NCBI GenBank assembly: GCA_963726575.1
Contig: CAVSCR010000007.1
Span: forward strand, 475,555 to 539,554
Origin: an uncultured Actinomycetota bacterium
GTDB taxonomy: Bacteria; Actinomycetota; Actinomycetes; JAHEKZ01
DNA: 64,000 nt
Reading direction: 5' to 3'
A model generated the notes under the pieces. The model had not been told where the DNA came from, made no database searches, and was given only the letters and a program-made list of their open reading frames with translations. Position numbers and translations under genes: made by a program. Below, piece by piece: positions 61,111 through 64,000 of the stretch (its first letter is position 1; every line of letters starts with the position of its first letter).

Positions 61111-61995
61111 ATGGCGGTGCGTGGAATCGTGCTGGCCGGTGGGACCGGGTCGCGGCTGTGGCCGGTCACGCAGGCGGTGAGCAAGCAGCTGATGCCGGTG
61201 TATGACAAGCCGATGGTGTACTACCCGCTCACCACGTTGATGGTGGCGGGGATCCGTGAGGTGCTCTTCATCACCACCCCCGAGGACACCTGGGCGTTTC
61301 GTCGCCTGCTCGGCGACGGGTCCGCCTGGGGGTTGCGGATCGAGTACGCCGAGCAGCCCCGGCCCGAGGGTCTGGCGCAGGCGTTCGTCATCGGCGCGGA
61401 CTTCATCGGTGACGAGCCGGTGGCTCTCGTCCTCGGCGACAACATCTTCTACGGGGTGGGGTTGGGCACCCAACTGCGGGCAGCTACCGCAGTGGACGGC
61501 GGGCGGGTCTTCGCCTACCGGGTGGCCAACCCCAGCGAGTACGGGGTGGTGGAGTTCGACCCCGCCGGGGTGGTCCGCTCGATCGAGGAGAAGCCGGCGG
61601 TGCCGAAGAGCAGCTACGCGGTGCCGGGGCTGTACTTCTTCACCCCGGACGTCGTCGAGATCGCCCGGGGGGTCAGGCCCAGCGCCCGTGGGGAGCTGGA
61701 GATCACCGCGGTGCATGCCGAGTACCTGCGGCAGGGCCGGCTGGAGGTGGTCGTGCTGCCCCGGGGGACGGCCTGGCTGGATACCGGAACGTTCACCACG
61801 TTGATGCAGGCCGCGGAGTTCGTGCGGGTCATTGAGGACCGGCAGGGCCGCAAGATCGGCTGCCCAGAGGAGCTGGCCTGGCGCAACGGCTGGATCGACG
61901 ACGACGCGCTGGCGGCGCTGGCCGAGCCGCTGCGGCGCAGCGGGTACGGAGAGTACCTGCTCGGGCTGCTCGCCGATCGCGACGGGCAGCGCTGA
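61111..61995 (+). CDS. rmlA: Glucose-1-phosphate thymidylyltransferase
   Basis: [36 protein letters not shown]. Confidence 0.9.
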   Translation: MAVRGIVLAGGTGSRLWPVTQAVSKQLMPVYDKPMVYYPLTTLMVAGIREVLFITTPEDTWAFRRLLGDGSAWGLRIEYAEQPRPEGLAQAFVIGADFIGDEPVALVLGDNIFYGVGLGTQLRAATAVDGGRVFAYRVANPSEYGVVEFDPAGVVRSIEEKPAVPKSSYAVPGLYFFTPDVVEIARGVRPSARGELEITAVHAEYLRQGRLEVVVLPRGTAWLDTGTFTTLMQAAEFVRVIEDRQGRKIGCPEELAWRNGWIDDDALAALAEPLRRSGYGEYLLGLLADRDGQR

Positions 61996-61997
61996 GC

Positions 61998-62588
61998 ATG
62001 CACGTCGAGCCGCTGGTCGTCCCCGACGCCTTCGTCGTGACCCCCCGCCAGCACGCGGACGATCGCGGCGTCTTCCTCGAGTGGTTCAAGGCGGAGGTGT
62101 TCCAGCGCGCCAGCGGCCACCGGATGCCCTTGGGCCAGGCCAACTGCTCGGTGTCGCGCCGCGGGACGCTGCGCGGCATCCACTTTGCCGACGTGCCACC
62201 CGGGCAGGCCAAGTACGTGACGTGCACGGCCGGGGCGGTCCTCGACGTCGTCGTCGACCTCCGCGTCGGGTCGCCGACGTTCGGGGTGGGCGACACCGTC
62301 GTCCTCGACGACCAGGACCGGCAAGCGGTGTTCCTCGCTGAGGGCCTCGGCCACGCGTTCCTCGCCCTCAGCGAGACCGCGACCGTCGTGTACTTGTGCT
62401 CGACGCCCTACAACCCTGTTGCGGAGCACGGCATCCAGCCGTTGGATCCCGAGCTCGCCATCCCCTGGCCTGCCGACCTCGAGCCGTTGCTGTCACCCAA
62501 GGACGCCGCCGCCCCCACCCTCACCGAGGCTCAGGCGGCCGGGCTGCTGCCCAGCCACGAGGACTGCCTGACCGAGTACCGGCACTGA
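61998..62588 (+). CDS. rmlC: dTDP-4-dehydrorhamnose 3,5-epimerase
   Basis: Cupin RmlC motifs (RGVFLEWF, RGIHFAD). Confidence 0.9.
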   Translation: MHVEPLVVPDAFVVTPRQHADDRGVFLEWFKAEVFQRASGHRMPLGQANCSVSRRGTLRGIHFADVPPGQAKYVTCTAGAVLDVVVDLRVGSPTFGVGDTVVLDDQDRQAVFLAEGLGHAFLALSETATVVYLCSTPYNPVAEHGIQPLDPELAIPWPADLEPLLSPKDAAAPTLTEAQAAGLLPSHEDCLTEYRH

Positions 62589-62595
62589 CGCCTCC

Positions 62596-63930
62596 TCACA
62601 CGCCGTCAAGGACGGCGCCGAGCTGCTCCCCGTAGACCGAGAGGTCCAGGCTGAACGAGACCAGGCTCTGCTTCCTTACTCTGCTGGGGTCCCACTCGTC
62701 GGCGGGCATCCAGAAGTAGTGCAGGTCGGCACCGAGGATCGCCGCGAACAGGTGTTCGTTGCGTGCGTTGTAGGTGCTAAGGCCGAGCACCACGATCGCG
62801 TCGAGTCGTCGGCAGTGCATCAGGTTGAACATGGCCGAGCCCGCGAACCCCGCCACCACGCGGGCTCCCGCGAACAATGCTGCCTGTTCCGGAAGCGGCA
62901 ACTCCTCGGGGTAGAAGACGTGGAAACCGTGGCTGGCGAACACCTCCTCGACCTCTGACTGATTCGTGCAGCCTCGGCGGTTGGCGTACTTGGATCCCCG
63001 TGAGACGAAGATCCGGTCGTGGGGGCTGGCCTCCCGATCCTGCAGGAGTCCGGTCGTCATGCGGTCCCAGGTGTCCCGGATCGCGGGATGGGCCCAGTAG
63101 GGGGGTGCGTTGTGCCACATCGGCGAGGCCCCGACGACACTGCGCAGGCGGACCGGCGTGTCCGTCGAGACGATCTGGGCCGGGTCGATCCCGTAGGAGG
63201 TGAACAGCAGTCGTTCCAGCGTCCCATCCCGTCCCCGGGCGGGATTGGTGTGGAACAGCGCCTTGAGGTCGGGGAACTCCTCCCTGGCTCGCTCCCAGCC
63301 CCAGAGCCGAGACACGACCTCGGTGGTGAGGTGCCCGAAATGCCCGGAGAACAGGCAATCGAGGTAGTAGTAGGTCCCCTCGAGTATCGGCGCCCCGGCA
63401 GACCGGGGAGCAAGAGTGAACCCATTCCACAATGCCGGCGAGCGCGCGTGCCGCAGCTCCGCCGCGTAGGGCCAGCGAAACGACTCCGGCAGCAACGTCG
63501 TCCCGAGGATGAGGCGGTTCGCCCCGGCGCTCACGATGGGGCCGCCATAGTGGCGCAGCGTCAGGTCCGGACCCTGAGTCGGGCGCCACACCTCAGCGGG
63601 TGGCTCGCCGTAGTCGACGACGCGGGCAGCCCCGTACCGGGGCGACTCCGCCGGAATCGTCGCCAGGATCGAGACCCGCGCGCGCGGCTCCCGAGCGATC
63701 AGGAGATCGCCGATCTGATCCTCACGCAACTGCAACAGCGCCTGGCGGCGCGTCTTGACCACCGCGCGATCTGGGGTGACGCGGACCGTCCCCACAAGAC
63801 GATCGCCCGCAGCCTCGGTGAGGAAGTCCTCGACGGACTCAGGGGTTCGATCAGTGGCGGACGCCGGCGCGACCGTCAAGTCGAACACGCACGTCCCAGG
63901 GCGGCGCAGGTGCACGAGGAGCGCCCTCAC
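62596..63930 (-). CDS. Glycosyltransferase family 61 / DUF563 protein
   Basis: EGTYYYLDCLFSGHFGH is the GT61/DUF563 signature. The N-terminal boundary is near the window edge and uncertain. Confidence 0.65.
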   Translation of the reverse strand: MRALLVHLRRPGTCVFDLTVAPASATDRTPESVEDFLTEAAGDRLVGTVRVTPDRAVVKTRRQALLQLREDQIGDLLIAREPRARVSILATIPAESPRYGAARVVDYGEPPAEVWRPTQGPDLTLRHYGGPIVSAGANRLILGTTLLPESFRWPYAAELRHARSPALWNGFTLAPRSAGAPILEGTYYYLDCLFSGHFGHLTTEVVSRLWGWERAREEFPDLKALFHTNPARGRDGTLERLLFTSYGIDPAQIVSTDTPVRLRSVVGASPMWHNAPPYWAHPAIRDTWDRMTTGLLQDREASPHDRIFVSRGSKYANRRGCTNQSEVEEVFASHGFHVFYPEELPLPEQAALFAGARVVAGFAGSAMFNLMHCRRLDAIVVLGLSTYNARNEHLFAAILGADLHYFWMPADEWDPSRVRKQSLVSFSLDLSVYGEQLGAVLDGV

Positions 63931-64000
63931 CCATGCCTGCGCGTCTGGAGACGACGGAGCTGTCGGACCAGCGTTCGCGGCGACGACGATGACGTCCCGA

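Noticed and set aside
1-64000. CRISPR arrays, integrases/transposases, prophage or toxin-antitoxin modules.
   Set aside because: No spacer-repeat arrays and no recombinase, transposase or phage structural motifs were seen in any frame. The only repeats found are the 54-bp intragenic tandem repeat and the two-copy AT-rich element.

Overview
The window is high-GC (about 70%) and the gene content points to an actinobacterial chromosome. Actinobacterial markers include Bpa/PafE-like, DUF4446, DUF5926 with a SEC-C motif, a tandem-GNAT MshD-like protein, an Rpf-like transglycosylase and an OleBC fusion. It is mostly ordinary core and accessory metabolism, packed into operons joined by 4-nt GTGA/ATGA start-stop overlaps. 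Recognisable blocks, in order, are below.

- **2-4 kb:** a membrane-sensor GGDEF-EAL protein and a TlpA-like thioredoxin, followed by a degraded GNAT and ANT(2'')-like nucleotidyltransferase pair.
- **4-6.5 kb:** a secreted LamG-like protein, tRNA-Arg(ACG) and tRNA-Ser(GCT), and a frameshifted CorA.
- **6.7-10 kb:** a frameshifted cyclopropane-fatty-acyl-phospholipid synthase, a DHCR24-like FAD oxidoreductase and a membrane PH-domain protein.
- **10-15 kb:** an orphan methyl-accepting chemotaxis protein, gamma-glutamyltransferase, a PLP-dependent decarboxylase and tRNA-Ser(TGA).
- **15-19.6 kb:** the olefin (head-to-head hydrocarbon) cluster oleA-oleBC-oleD, with the actinobacterial OleB-OleC fusion.
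- **19.6-22 kb:** kbl-tdh threonine degradation.
- **22-30.4 kb:** an Atu/Liu-type branched or terpenoid acyl-CoA catabolic operon, reading 5' to 3' on the minus strand: carboxyltransferase beta, biotin carboxylase alpha, AtuA, TetR, acyl-CoA dehydrogenase, enoyl-CoA hydratase, GNAT.
- **30.5-35.7 kb:** a quinone oxidoreductase, then a large adenylate-cyclase/AAA/TPR regulator broken by about 7 frameshifts, with a frameshifted GATase next to it.
- **35.7-47 kb:** tandem GNAT, Bpa, a HAD hydrolase, serS coupled by a GTGA overlap to a second sensor GGDEF-EAL paralog, pheA, DUF4446, a membrane protein, DUF5926, GDPD and a methyltransferase.
- **47-53 kb:** a GlcD-like FAD oxidase, fpg, a nitronate monooxygenase-like protein, an acetyl-CoA transferase and a GNAT.
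- **53-56 kb:** a secreted Rpf-like protein and a 766-aa secreted phosphoesterase carrying 4 PKD domains.
- **59-64 kb:** rmlD-rmlB and rmlA-rmlC in divergent orientation, plus a GT61/DUF563 glycosyltransferase.

Most worth a second look are:

1. **Repeat-protein / GAF-S8 locus (56.3-59 kb).** A small acidic, His-rich gene is built from perfect 54-bp tandem repeats. It is divergent from a translationally coupled GAF plus minimal S8 protease pair. The shared intergenic region carries a CRP-like palindrome and sits beside a Crp/Fnr regulator.
2. **AT-rich intergenic element.** A roughly 75-nt AT-rich element with a CAAGATCAAC direct-repeat architecture occurs twice, at 6.62 kb and 47.14 kb, both times between convergent genes. 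The second copy abuts a G-quadruplex motif.
3. **Clustered frameshifts.** Frameshifts concentrate in a few loci (the regulator at 31.5-35 kb, the GNAT/ANT pair, CorA, the CFA synthase) while long neighbouring genes stay intact.
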